Shown: in pieces, positions 1 through 12,477 of the stretch | How the letters are laid out: every line of letters starts with the position of its first letter | Position numbering within the stretch: the first letter of the stretch is position 1 | Assembly: GCA_951406725.2 (NCBI GenBank) | Contig: OX597824.1 | Coordinates: forward strand, 51,584,001 to 51,648,000 | DNA from: Octopus vulgaris | Lineage: Eukaryota | Direction: 5' to 3' | DNA length: 64,000 nucleotides | Notes under the pieces: model-generated | Told to the model about the DNA's origin: nothing | Database searches by the model: none | The model's input: only the letters and a program-made list of their open reading frames with translations | Made by a program: the position numbers and the translations under genes

Positions 1-160
1 ATTATTTTTTCTTTTCCTTTGCTGCATGCTTGTTTATATTATGGATTTTTTTTTGTTTTAATTTGTCATATTGTGTGCCATTTTGGTGATTTTGTATCCA
101 CCTTATATTCTGAAGCCACTACAAGGAATTTTGTTTTGTGCTTCCGCACTCGAGGGGGAG

Positions 161-330
161 CCTTTGTAGTGACGTCATGTTCCAGTGTGCGCACACACAA
201 CGTCATTCTTCAGTGTGCGTGTGCGGAACGTCACCTTTGTAGTGACGTCATATTCCAGTGTGCGCACACGCAACGTCATTCTTCAGTGTGCGTGTGCGGA
301 ACGTCCTTCTTCAGTGTGCGTGTGCGGGGT
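161..330. repeat. CpG-rich tandem repeat (~73-bp unit x2 plus a partial unit), each full unit with a TGACGTCA palindrome
   Basis: cctttgtagtgacgtcat.ttccagtgtgcgcacac.caacgtcattcttcagtgtgcgtgtgcggaacgtc repeats at ~161 and ~234, with a partial third copy at ~308. Confidence 0.8.
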
Positions 331-999
331 TGGAACCTTCTGGAAAGGCATAAGGAAGTTCCCTCATGCACATGCGCTAGAGACTGAAGAATAAATTCTA
401 TAGCGTTCCTTAATAGCGTCGGGGACTTGAGACACGGCTACAGAAGAGAAAGGACGTATTTTCATATGTGTGATCAGCATATTCTCCTGTCCCAGATGCT
501 TAGGATTTAACCTGTTCTATTAATGCCGAATTGTTGTAAGAATGGATACCAGTATACCATCGTGTTTCATTGTTGAATAAGAGAATAAAGAATTGTATAT
601 ATTTCTAAACTTGCGTTTCGTTCCTGACTGGTAGTTTCTAGAAACAAAAAGAAAGGAAATTGTGTTGCACCCAAGTTGCTCCCCAAAAGTGTAAAGAAGC
701 AACCAGTTCCCTTTACAAGTCTATTGTTCTGTTTCATTGGGAAAATTTATCATTTTTATTAGTGTTACTGTTTTCTTTATTATTAACATCATCATCTTTG
801 TCTTTGCATTCTTGTATTACACACTTCTACCATCCACAGACTTAAAGCTTCTTTCTTAGTTGACATTAGTTACTATCTGTCACCACTAGGTGGTAGCCAG
901 CCTAGCTACAGGATGCCTGTAACACTTGTTCTTTACCATCAGGGTTATCTTTGGTAATTTTGTTGCAGTTTACCATTATCACCCCCTTCTACCTTACAT

Positions 1000-1760
1000 T
1001 TTACATCACTTTACAAAGTAAAATTGTATATAATATGCCCATCTCTTCAAATTAATAGTGTCTTCCAAATTTCATGTTCTTTCAATAGTTATCAAGTCTG
1101 TTCTTGAACTGTTTGCTTTTCTTCAACCTAACAACCTTCCTTCCCTACTGATTCCAGTTTCTGTGAAACCTGTTTGTGACAGTTTGATGTCTTGTTAACT
1201 TGTTTCACTGCTTTACTAATTTAATAACACTCAGCTCCTTCATTTCTGTCTCTTCTATCACCTGATTTAATGTACTAATGAGGTCTGTTATCTCACATTC
1301 ATTTCAAGTTCAGATAGCTGCTACAGGTGTGAATTATCAGCATCATATCATCTTCATACTTATGATGATCATCATCATTTTATATGTTCTTCTATTGTGG
1401 TAAGAGATGGTGAGCTCTACTGTACAACATATTGCTACTTCCATCAGTCTTTTATCATGTCTAAAAGACCTGACTTCCTCAAGTCTTATCTTACCACTTC
1501 TTATGCTATTTTTCACAAGCTTTTAGTGACAGGACTCAAATGATTAATTTTTCAACCTAACTCAGCTCATTTTCCTTAACATCATGTTTTCATACCAGCC
1601 CAGTCACCAATATCAACTACTGTCTTTAATACCCAACTTTATTGCTACTTCACTTTTCATATAGGTTATTTTACATTCAACAAATTTCCTTGCCAGCCAT
1701 TTCAGATCTGCATTCACTTCCAATGTTTTACTAACATATTTCTTCACACTTTCTAGCACA
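1000..1760 (-). mobile_element. Highly decayed LINE (RT) remnant
   Basis: The minus strand reads YEDDMMLI at ~1335-1360, resembling a YADD motif. No intact ORF. Confidence 0.3.
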
Positions 1761-1815
1761 CATCTCATATGCTCAGCCTTTCACACATACAAAGAAATGA
1801 ATTTTTATCAACAGA

Positions 1816-2265
1816 GGCACAGATGTGGCTGTGTGGTAAGGAGCTTGTTTCTCCACATGGTTCCTGGTTCAGTCCCACTACGTGGCACTTTGGGCAAGTG
1901 TCTTTTACTGTAGCCTCAGGCTGACTAAAGCCTTGTAAGTGGATTTGGTAGACAGAAACTGAAAGAAGCCCATCGTGCGTGTGTGTGTGTGCGTGCGTGT
2001 GCGTGTGTGTGTGTGCGTGCGTGTGCGTGTGTGTGTGTGTCTGTGAGAGAAAGAGAATGAGTATGTGTTTGTCCTTCATTATGGTATAACAACCAATGTT
2101 GGTGTACTGATGTCTCTATAACTTAGCAGTTTGGCAAAAGAGTCCAATAGTATAAGTACCAGGCTTAAAAAAAAAGTACTGAGGATTGATTCATTTGGCT
2201 AAAAATTCTTCAAGGCAGTGCCCCAGCATAGCCACTGTCTAATGACTGAAATAAGTAAGAGATAA
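1816..2265 (+). mobile_element. tRNA-derived SINE with CORE-like block and internal (GT)n; further copies at ~54120-54490(+), 55555-55860(-), 56730-57090(-), 57575-57720(+)
   Basis: A-box-like tggctgtgtggtaag, B-box-like ggttcagtcc, CORE-like ggcactttgggcaagtgtct, and the shared segment ggatttggtagac.gaaactgaaagaagcc found in all copies. Confidence 0.75.
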
Positions 2266-3184
2266 GAAAAGAGGAAATGGGACCCTTTCAACTTTTATCT
2301 CTTCCTTATTCTAGTAATTATGCCTTTTTAAAAAAAAATTACTGCAGCCAACTCTGGTATTAATTAGATCACCTGCATAGGAGAATCTATTTACTGTGTA
2401 TTCTGAGATGTCTCAGCAGATCATAGTCCTTACTTCATGAGTGTTGCTACAGCTGACTACTGTTGAACAATTGAAAATAATAACAATGCTTGATGTCACA
2501 TGGTGGCTGTTGCACACAATTGTTACGTGTATGTGAGTTTGTATGCAGATGTGTAGGGGTCTCAGTAATAAATATATGTTCAGTGTAATTCTTCTATAGT
2601 TGCACTAATGTTGCATCCTGTGACCCTAAGTAATTGTGTTTCAATGAAATGTGTTTGCTGCTGGTCTTGTTTGTTTAGTCTTTTCAGTTCACAGTGACTG
2701 AGTAGACAAGGAATTGTACTACCTACTCTTTGATGATGAGTTCCATTCCACTGCTGGTATTTCAATGAGTTTTTAAGAATACACACATGCGACTGCCTTC
2801 CATAGAGTTTCTTTTTAACAATTTCATTCAGAAGGCATTTGTCAGCCCAAGGCTACAATAAAAGATATTTGCCCAAAGTGACACGCAGTACAATACAACT
2901 CAATGACCTTGTTATGAAGCATATTCTGTATCCAGACAGCCATGCTGTCAGCTATGTGCCTAGCAAGAATAACTTCAGCAGTTTTAATATCAGAAAAACA
3001 ACCAATCTCCAATGATAAGGAAATAGCAACACAGTAATTTGCTAGTTTATTAACATAAATAATAAAAATAACTCTTAAGATATTGTCGAATTCTATCCTT
3101 CTAAATACCCTACTCCTTAATCTCTTAGAACTTGCTTAGATATATAACATTATAAATATATATATATTTTTTTGTCCTTACAAC

Positions 3185-3460
3185 ACCTTTTTGATCTCCA
3201 TGTGTCTAACACACGTGGACATGCCTACAAAGTCAGAAAACAACACAGCTCCCATGACTTTCGGTAACATTTTTTCACGCTCAGAGTTGCTGAAGCATGG
3301 AATAAACTGCCTGTGTCAGTTGTTGACTGCCATGACACTGCATCCTTTAAGGCCCTCATGCTTTCCGAAATCCGCCGAAACTACACCTGATTATATATAC
3401 ACTTTAGATGAGTTGTAGTGCACCTGAGCACTGTACACAATTATTATTATTATTATTATT
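3185..3460 (+). mobile_element. 5'-truncated CR1/L2-group LINE 3' end with (ATT)n tail
   Basis: Translates SNTRGHAYKVRKQHSSHDFR*HFFTLRVAEAWNKLPVSVVDCHDTASFK, the typical TRGH...FF..RV...WN.LP..VV...FK C-terminus; ends in attattattatt. Confidence 0.8.
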
Positions 3461-3493
3461 TATACACACTAGATGATGATGATGTTTGCTATA

Positions 3494-3723
3494 CAGTTAT
3501 CCCTCACCATATCGTGGTCCACCTATTGCAGTTTATCATTTAAGCTTACATTGATTCCTCCATGGTGTTGTTTTGCATTTATAATAAAATAAATATATAT
3601 AAATTATAAAGACAATACAAAAAAATACAGTACAGTACTGTTTCTATTTTGTGGATTTTCACCTATGGTAGTGGCGGTGGGGGGGATTGGGAAGTAACAC
3701 TCGCAATAGTCGAGGGATTACTG
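3494..3723. mobile_element. Tigger/pogo-type MITE (230 bp)
   Basis: TIRs cagttatccctc / gagggattactg (1 mismatch), flanked by TA on both sides. Confidence 0.8.
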
Positions 3724-3744
3724 TACATGTTAGGAAATCTCTGG

Positions 3745-3787
<43 letters not shown>

Positions 3788-4454
3788 AAGATATTGCTCA
3801 GTCAAGAAGTGATGTCCAACAGGTACTCTGGATGTAAGTATGTGATTGTATGATAGTATTGAGATACATGATTACATAGTCTCATAGGACTGCATCGAGG
3901 TACTAAATAAGAAATTTACCTATATAGATTATGAGTTACAGAGATGATGAATAGGTTATACACCAATATGACATTACACTTTAGATACATTAAGAAAACC
4001 TTCTTAATACCTTCAGCTTAAAATCAACTGTGTGCAGTGCAGGTACATCGTCTTGTAGTTAGGGGTGTTGGTTTTATGATTTCTGAACCAGGCAGCATAT
4101 TGTGAGCTTGAGCAAGGCACTTCATTTGATATTGTTCTAACCAAGTGCTGGTGCAGCCCTCCCTCTCTTTTCAGTTGTCACATTCTTGGTGTTTTGAGTC
4201 AAAAGCAGGATAGCTGACAAAATTTCTATACCTGCTCATGACTACATAAGTATCTAAAACTATTAATGAGGACATGCATTGTGCTACCAAGTCATATTTG
4301 GTTGCATATTTCAGTTTTGATTTGGTTTCTACAGCTGGATTCCCTTCCTAACACCTATCACTTACTGAGTGCATTTTTTCCTCATGTCAGCTCTAGAGAA
4401 GTTGTCACGCTTTGATAAGACTAAAGGGTCCTCTCAAACCCACACTTAAAAGTT

Positions 4455-4520
<66 letters not shown>

Positions 4521-4600
4521 TGTTCCAACCCATGCTAGCATGGAAAGCGGACGTTAAATGATGATGATGATGATGATGTATACATACATACATACACATA

Positions 4601-7074
4601 CAGGCATACCTCAACTTAAGTTGTTTCAATTCAAGTCACTTTTGATTATATGTTGGTTTTCAAAAGTAATATATGGAAAAATAAAAATCAAGTCATTTTA
4701 CTCGATTGGATTTGTAAAATCACTAGAAAACAGTTAAAAGCACATAAAATCATGTTACTGTACAATAAATAAGAGTAAAAGCATATAAAATCATTTTAGA
4801 ATACGTACAGTAAATGTTAAGATACACACCATAAAGTAGTGTAGCTTAGTGAACAAAATCATGAAATCAGTTGTGTCGTCTTATTTATCGGTCTTTTGGA
4901 GCTCATATTGCACTGTAGTTCCGATATCTACTGTTAGGCGTCTTTGTCACTCGTGATTCCCACTATTGTATTGAATTCAGATTTGTTTATATCTGTTTGT
5001 CGGCTACTTTCTGTTTCTCATTCATTTGTAACTTTATTTTTTGCTCCTATGGCTCCTAAGAAAATTCATAGTGAAAGTGCTAAGTGTCATGCCATAATGC
5101 TGGAAGCTAAACTAGCTGATAAAATACCGTGAAAAAGGTGAAAATGTAGTAGCAATTGCATGATCTTTTGGGATGAGTGGGACAACTCTGTCAATGATTG
5201 TACATAATAAGGACAAGATTTTAGCACATATCTGAAGCCCCAGTGATGAAGAACACTGTCATCAATAAGAAAAGAGGCAAGATCTTTGAAGAAATGGGAA
5301 GTCTTCTTTCTCTTTGGATTGTTAGGTTGAATCGTCAACGTGCTACTATTAGTCAAGAAATCATTCAAGATTTCAAGTGTTGTCTTTGTTTGAGGACCTG
5401 AAAAAAAATACCCAGATAAGAAAGATGTAGAGTTCAAGGTAAGTCAAGGATGATTCATGAGATTTAAGGAGCAAAGTTATAACTCCATTAAGAAGCAAAG
5501 TGAAAGTGCATCAGCGGAATTTCCTAATGCATTAAAGAAAATCAATCATCAAAGAAAACGGGTTTGATCCTGAACAGATTTTTAACGTAGACAAAACTGG
5601 ATTGTATTGGAAAAAATTACCAGACCATTCATTCATTTCCAAGAAAGAGAAAAGGAGAAACCTATTCCAGGCTACAAGGTCTCAAAAGAACGTGTAACTA
5701 TTATGTTGGGAGGTAATTGTGCAGGAGATTTTAAGTTAAAGCCATTGCTTGTGTATCATGCACACAACCCCTGTGCCCTGAAGAATATACCCTAGGCATC
5801 TCTCCCTGTTATATGGCTGGCTAATTCAAAAGCATGGGTTACTGTTGTTGTTTTTGAAGATAATGCTCCTGGCCACCCGCAAAACATCGTAGATTTTGAT
5901 CCCAATGTTACCGTCATATGCCTCCCTCTGAACACCATGTCTCTTCTGCAGCCAATGGATCAGGGAATAATTGCTATCTTCAAGCGTTACTATATGAAGT
6001 GTATGCTGTGGCAAGCAATAGCTGCAACTGATCTTGATGATTCCATCACACTTTGTGACTTTTGGAAGAGATATGATATCTACAAGGCTGTACAGAAGAT
6101 AGCAGCGGCATGGAAGGATGTACAGAGCACGGCTATGAACGGTGTATGGAAGAAGCTATGCAAACAATTTGTGAATGATTTTAAGGGGTTTGATAATGTT
6201 GCCATCAACAAAATGTTGGTGACTACGAGCAAAGAACTGGAAATGGATTTGGAAGAGAAGGTTTTCACAGATGTATTTGAAAGACAAGTAGCCCCTGACA
6301 AACAAGGATTTGATAGTTCTTCATGAGCAGTAAAATAAAAAAGAAGAGGAAGTTTAACCTGACCCACGTCACTTCACCTGTAAGAAAATGCAGCAAGCAT
6401 TTGCATACATCAAAAAAGGTTTTTCTATGTTCGAGGATATGGACCCAAATGCTCAATGCTTTTCCAAGATTATGGGGGCTTGTCATGAAGCTTTTGCTCC
6501 TTATAATGTAATCCTTGAAGAAGAGAAGACAGTTCAAGGAACTTTCAACTGGTTTTTTAAGTGCATTGAACAAGAAGAACAGCCAGAGTCAGCTGTTGAT
6601 GTTGACAATCCATAGCCGTCTACATCTGTGATGTAAACCACCAAACTGTATGTACATACTGGTAAATTCAAAATAATTTAGTTTTTTTTTTACTATTGCA
6701 AAATAATAATTATTACTGAATTTGTTTTTTTAAGCTTAAAAAAGGATTTATTTTACCATGTCTTATTGCAAACCACATTCATAAATAAAGCATCCACGAT
6801 GTACGGTAAACATTGCCGAATTGTATTTGTCAATTTCGATTACCTTTTTTTTGTTAACTGTACTCTATTAAATAATATAAATTGTAAGCTTAAAATAGGT
6901 TTTTATTAATGATATATTATTGAAAATGCATTCATAAATAAAGTACAGAATTGGGAATGGTTATTATCGGTTTAGCCTAAAGACAAGTAAATTCAGTCTA
7001 ACCTAGAGACAAGTTAATTCGACTTAAGTCGTGTTTCCTAGAACCAATTAATGAAGTAGAGTGAGGTATGCCTC
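4601..7074 (+). mobile_element. Tigger/pogo DNA transposon with decayed CENP-B-like DDE transposase (~5049-6615)
   Basis: TIRs caggcatacctca (4601) and tgaggtatgcct (7062-7073). Transposase fragments MAPKK, FK.SQG.F.RFK, IFNVDKTGL, PGYK.SKERVT.MLGGN.AGDFKLKPLLVY, DNAPGHP, LQPMDQGII; several stops and frameshifts. Confidence 0.92.
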
Positions 7075-7096
7075 TCTGTGTGTGTGTGTGTATGTG

Positions 7097-7142
<46 letters not shown>

Positions 7143-7329
7143 CATGAGAGACAGACAGACAATATAAGAGCACACCTTCAAGACAAGTCTGAAGTGCTAC
7201 TCTAATGTTTAAAACTGCAAATATGTAAATTTTCACTTTGAGCTTTTACATAAACTGGCGTTGAAAGCAGACATGGTACAGAAATAATTGTAACTGATCA
7301 TTAAAGATTTGTTAAAGTATTTCTTTGTC

Positions 7330-7911
7330 TTATTATCTGGATTATATAGTGAGAATTTACAAAAAAACAAAATACGAAAACAGGTATGTAAACAACAAAC
7401 AGATGCATTAGTTTAACGCTCAGGAAGTGAGAAAGTCTTTACTTTTATATTTCAAGCCTACGCTCTTCAATAGAAAAGAACACAGAAATAAACAGCGATA
7501 GAAAATAGAAAAAGGTTTAGTGGCTAGCGATCTATCATGGCGAATGCTGGACAGAGGGGTCACACAGGAGAGCTTGGAAGAAGGGGAGATAATAAAGTAG
7601 TGGTGATCCCAAAACGAAGGTGTGCATGCATGTGTATGTGAGAGTGTGTATGGAAGGGGGCTGGTGATATTGACAAAAGAGAGGAAAGAGTCTAGATGTT
7701 TGCGGGAGAGTGAGGTCGCACTGATACAGTTGTCAATATAATGACCGTATAGTTGGGGAGTGGGACCAGTGAAACTGGAGAATATTTGGGCTTCAATGTA
7801 GCCATTGAACAGGTTTGCATAGTTGGTGCCCATTCTCATTCCCATGCCCACTCCTGAGACCTGCTGGTAAAACTCACCCATGAACGAGAAGCAGTTAAGT
7901 TAGAGGACAAG

Positions 7912-7913
<2 letters not shown>
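7330..7913 (-). mobile_element. Internally deleted Penelope-like element (RT fragment plus 3' pLTR-like end)
   Basis: ORF 7420..7881 has [26 protein letters not shown] and YG.YIDN (RYIDD-like), typical of Penelope RT motifs. Abuts a (TA)n tract. Confidence 0.8.
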
Positions 7914-7959
<46 letters not shown>

Positions 7960-8085
7960 TATATGTATGTATGTATATATGTATGTATGCATATATGTAT
8001 GTATATATGTATGTATGCATATATGTATGTATATATATATATGCATATATGTATGTATGTATATATATATATATGCATATATGTA

Positions 8086-8118
<33 letters not shown>
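7914..8118. repeat. (TA)n/(TATG)n microsatellite
   Basis: Direct reading. Confidence 0.95.
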
Positions 8119-8120
8119 GT

Positions 8121-8465
8121 GGAAGGTGCATGGCTCAGTGGTTAGAGCGTCGAGCTCACGATCGTGAGGTTGTGAGCTCGAATCCCGGACCAGGCTGCGT
8201 GTTGTGTTCTTGAGCAAGGCACTTTATTTCATGTTGCTCCAGTTCACTCAGCTGTAGAAATGAATTGCGATGTCACTGGTGCCAAGCTGTATCGGCCCTT
8301 GCCTTTCCCTTGGACAACATCGGTGACGTGGAGACGGGAGGCCGGTATGCATGGGCGACTGCTGGTCTTCCATAAACAACCTTGCCCGGACTTGTGTCTA
8401 GGAGGGTAACTTTCTAGGTGCAATCCCATGGTCATTCATGACCGAAGGGGGTCTTTACCCCTTTA
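8121..8465 (+). mobile_element. Relatively young tRNA-derived SINE with CORE-like block
   Basis: A box tggctcagtggttagagc, B box ctcgaatccc, and tgttcttgagcaaggcactt; CpGs retained. Confidence 0.8.
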
Positions 8466-8471
8466 TATATA

Positions 8472-9681
8472 TCTCTTATTATAAAAGGTAGATTTTATTT
8501 GCCTTCCTTTGTCTCTTATAGAAATCTACAATATAGGATTTCTTCAATTACAATTTACCTAGCATTTTTAAGAGTAGAATACATCGGGTCGTGCCAGGTA
8601 CAGTTTTTCAAATTTCACCCCCAATTAAGCAAAATTTCGAGAAAACTCACATTTTGGTGTGTAAGTGAAGTGCTTTTCTTAGTGTGGGCTACAGCACACA
8701 CACACACACACAAACGGAGCAAACTGCTTCACTCATGCTATCACCCTAATTTCTTCTCCTTTCTCTTTGCAAGTGTGCAACGATTAAAGTGAAAGTATTT
8801 ATATAAAACGGATGAATTGCTTCACTCATACTATCAACATAATTTCTCATACTTTCTCTTTGCAAGTGTACCTCAAAAAAAACAACACAGCAAACAGAAA
8901 CAAATAAATACATAACGATTTACTCCTCACACAATTTCTTCAATTAGAGTTTACCTATGATTTTTCAAAGTACTTCCATTCGGTCATAGCATACAAAATT
9001 TCTTTCAATTTCACCCCCATTTCAGAAGAAATTCGAGAAAACTAAATATTTTACCATTTCACTCTTTCACTCTGCATATTACTCACACTTCCTCTTTACA
9101 CACATAGACACGCAAATATATAAATAAAATTAAAAGCTAACGTGTGTGTGCGTGTGTGTGAGTGTGTGCGTGTGTGTGCGTGTGTGTGTGTGTGAGGGTG
9201 CGTGTGTGTGTGTGTGTGCGTGTGTGTGAGTGTGTGACAGGGATGAGCCAGTCAGACTGGTCATCCTTTTTGCTAGAAGATCACCTATGGTCTTATATGC
9301 TACACCACTGGTTTTCAGTTCATATTAATCAAATTAATATTCACAACAAGAAGGACTATTCATTATAATACATCAGTTCCACACATTTACCCTGGTTCCA
9401 TTTCGGACAACTGCACAAACATTTGCCATTTCACACATGTATGTAAACAAATTCCTTTCTTAAAAATTTCAATTCATTTTCTTTTTCAATTCATACAAAG
9501 TTTTTTAGGACGAATATAAGATCTAAAGTATATCCAAGTAGCAGAAAGATCGCCCAAAAGTGTATATAGATATATAAATGTATTTATATATTCATCTATG
9601 CACACATGTATGTATAATGTGCGTGTATATATTTCCATAGAGGTAACCATTCAATCCATACAAAGTTTTTTAGGACGAAAA
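8472..9681 (+). mobile_element. Probable additional Helitron 5' segment with internal direct repeats
   Basis: Starts a|TCtcttattataaaag. Duplicated blocks at ~8728/8821, ~8611/9008 and ~9494/9659. No 3' hairpin of its own was found. Confidence 0.5.
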
Positions 9682-10528
9682 TCTTTATATATAAAAGAAA
9701 GGTTGTGTGTCTGTCTACTCCGATTTAGATTCCTAACTACTCCCACATTTTGCGATGCAGTTTAACCAAAACCGGGTATCTTATAGTCGTGATTCATATC
9801 GACCCTTTCTGGGTATTAGCGCGTGTCTACGCTGAGTCTACGATTTTACAAATAATTTACCATCATTTTTTTCCATTTTAATGCATATTTTTTTTAATAA
9901 AGGGAAGTAACTCTCAAACTTCACACCAATATGCGTGCTCATATGCGACGTAATATCACATCAGCAGCATTTCCTCACACCCTCCTTGCACTTGGCGAAG
10001 GCAAAATACCAGGGGATGAAAATGGTAATATTGCCATCGATTCCATTTGTACCATTGTTAAGACGCCTTCTGATCTCAGAGATTCAGTGTTCCCAGATCT
10101 ACAAGCTAATTATCAGAATATGGATTGGATTGGCAAAAAGGCTATACTGGCCCCGAGGAATAAAACTGTTCACCATATTAATGATGAAATGCTAAAACTC
10201 ATTCCTGGGGAAGTCTATGTATATCAGTCTATCGATACAACTCCTGACCCAGAGGACGTCATCAACTATCCAATAGAGGTACTCAATTCCTTTGAGCACC
10301 CCGGACTACCACCACACTTTCTCAAACTTAAAGTTGGTGCCCCTATAATGCTCATCAGAAATTTGGTTCCCCTAAAACAATGCAATGGCACACGTTTTAT
10401 CGTTAAGTCCTTATCTCCCACCGTAAACTTATATCAATATTTGCCTGAATAATCATCATAATTCAGTGCAATCATTAACAGTACTTTCAAGCAATTCAGC
10501 CCCAAGCAACGCCGGGCAATTCTGCTAG
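9682..10528 (+). mobile_element. Non-autonomous Helitron carrying a PIF1 helicase fragment (ORF 9931-10452)
   Basis: 5' a|TCtttatatataaaag; 3' hairpin gcccc..caacgccgggc followed by CTAG|t. Helicase motifs KAILAPRN...INDE, LNS..PGLPPH.LKLKVGAPIML.RNL...CNGTR. Confidence 0.9.
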
Positions 10529-10777
10529 TCACTTTCTAATCTCCTTTCCAACACACACAATGTGAGATACAGGTCTTTTTCTGTAAGCAGAACTGTTTTC
10601 TAGGACTGAATGCAAGTCATTTTCTGCTGATTTTATTACACTTAACACATTGAACATTTAACAACAGAGAAATATGTGAAGACTGGGCACTGGAACATGT
10701 TGTCCTGGATCATTTGAATGTTATTATCTTACGGACAGTTGTATTCACACCATTACTGAGTCTCATGAACACACACA

Positions 10778-11141
10778 TCTCTATATATATAAATGGCAAA
10801 ATGTCTGCATGTGTGTCCTTTATACAAATCCACAACTTTTCAGTTAGAGGGCTCGCACTTTCTATGGTCATTCAAAACCATCCAAAGGTGGTCGTGCACA
10901 TCTTTGCATTTCCTCAGTCACCCCGCAAAGCCATTCAAAAATCAATAGAATTGACTTTTTTGTGAATTTTCTATCCAAAACCCAATCAAAATGCCTGAAA
11001 CTTGATACGCCAATTGAATGCCAGCTATCTGTATGTGATTGGTCAGAAATTTGGACAGTACTCATGTGTATGTGCACATGCACGCAGCTGTATATGTATG
11101 CACTAGCATTATGACCCGGCAACGCCGGGTCGTAGTGCTAG
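10778..11141 (+). mobile_element. Short non-autonomous Helitron (364 bp)
   Basis: 5' a|TCtctatatatataaatg; 3' hairpin gacccggc aac gccgggtc then CTAG|t; inserted at an A|T site with no TSD. Confidence 0.9.
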
Positions 11142-12078
<937 letters not shown>

Positions 12079-12477
12079 ACAATAATTTTTTCTTGTCAGG
12101 AACAAAAAAAGGTTTAATAGGACTGCAATAGAAGTGCTCTATTGGAAGAGACAAAAATATCAAACTAAAATCATTGAACAAGCAAATACAAAGTCAACCG
12201 CATGTCATTTCATAATTCGAACATTTAATTATAGAATAAACATATAACCCGCAAGATGGAACAAAATTCATATATACAGCACATAATAATAATAATATGG
12301 TATGGTGCGAGAAAAATTCTTATCATTAAAACTTAGAATTAATATTCTAGTGATTCAAAGAGAATACAATTATAAACGGACTTAGAAAGCAAAATATAAT
12401 ATAAGTAATATATAAAAATATATATTTTTTAAAATCTTGATATCATCTACGACAGTAACTCTAGGGTAGTAAACTTC

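Noticed and set aside
8121-8200. tRNA gene
   Set aside because: A and B boxes are present, but the sequence continues into a SINE body and no complete cloverleaf or acceptor stem is evident.
9931-10452. Host PIF1 helicase gene
   Set aside because: A partial domain lying between Helitron 5' TC and 3' hairpin-CTAG termini.
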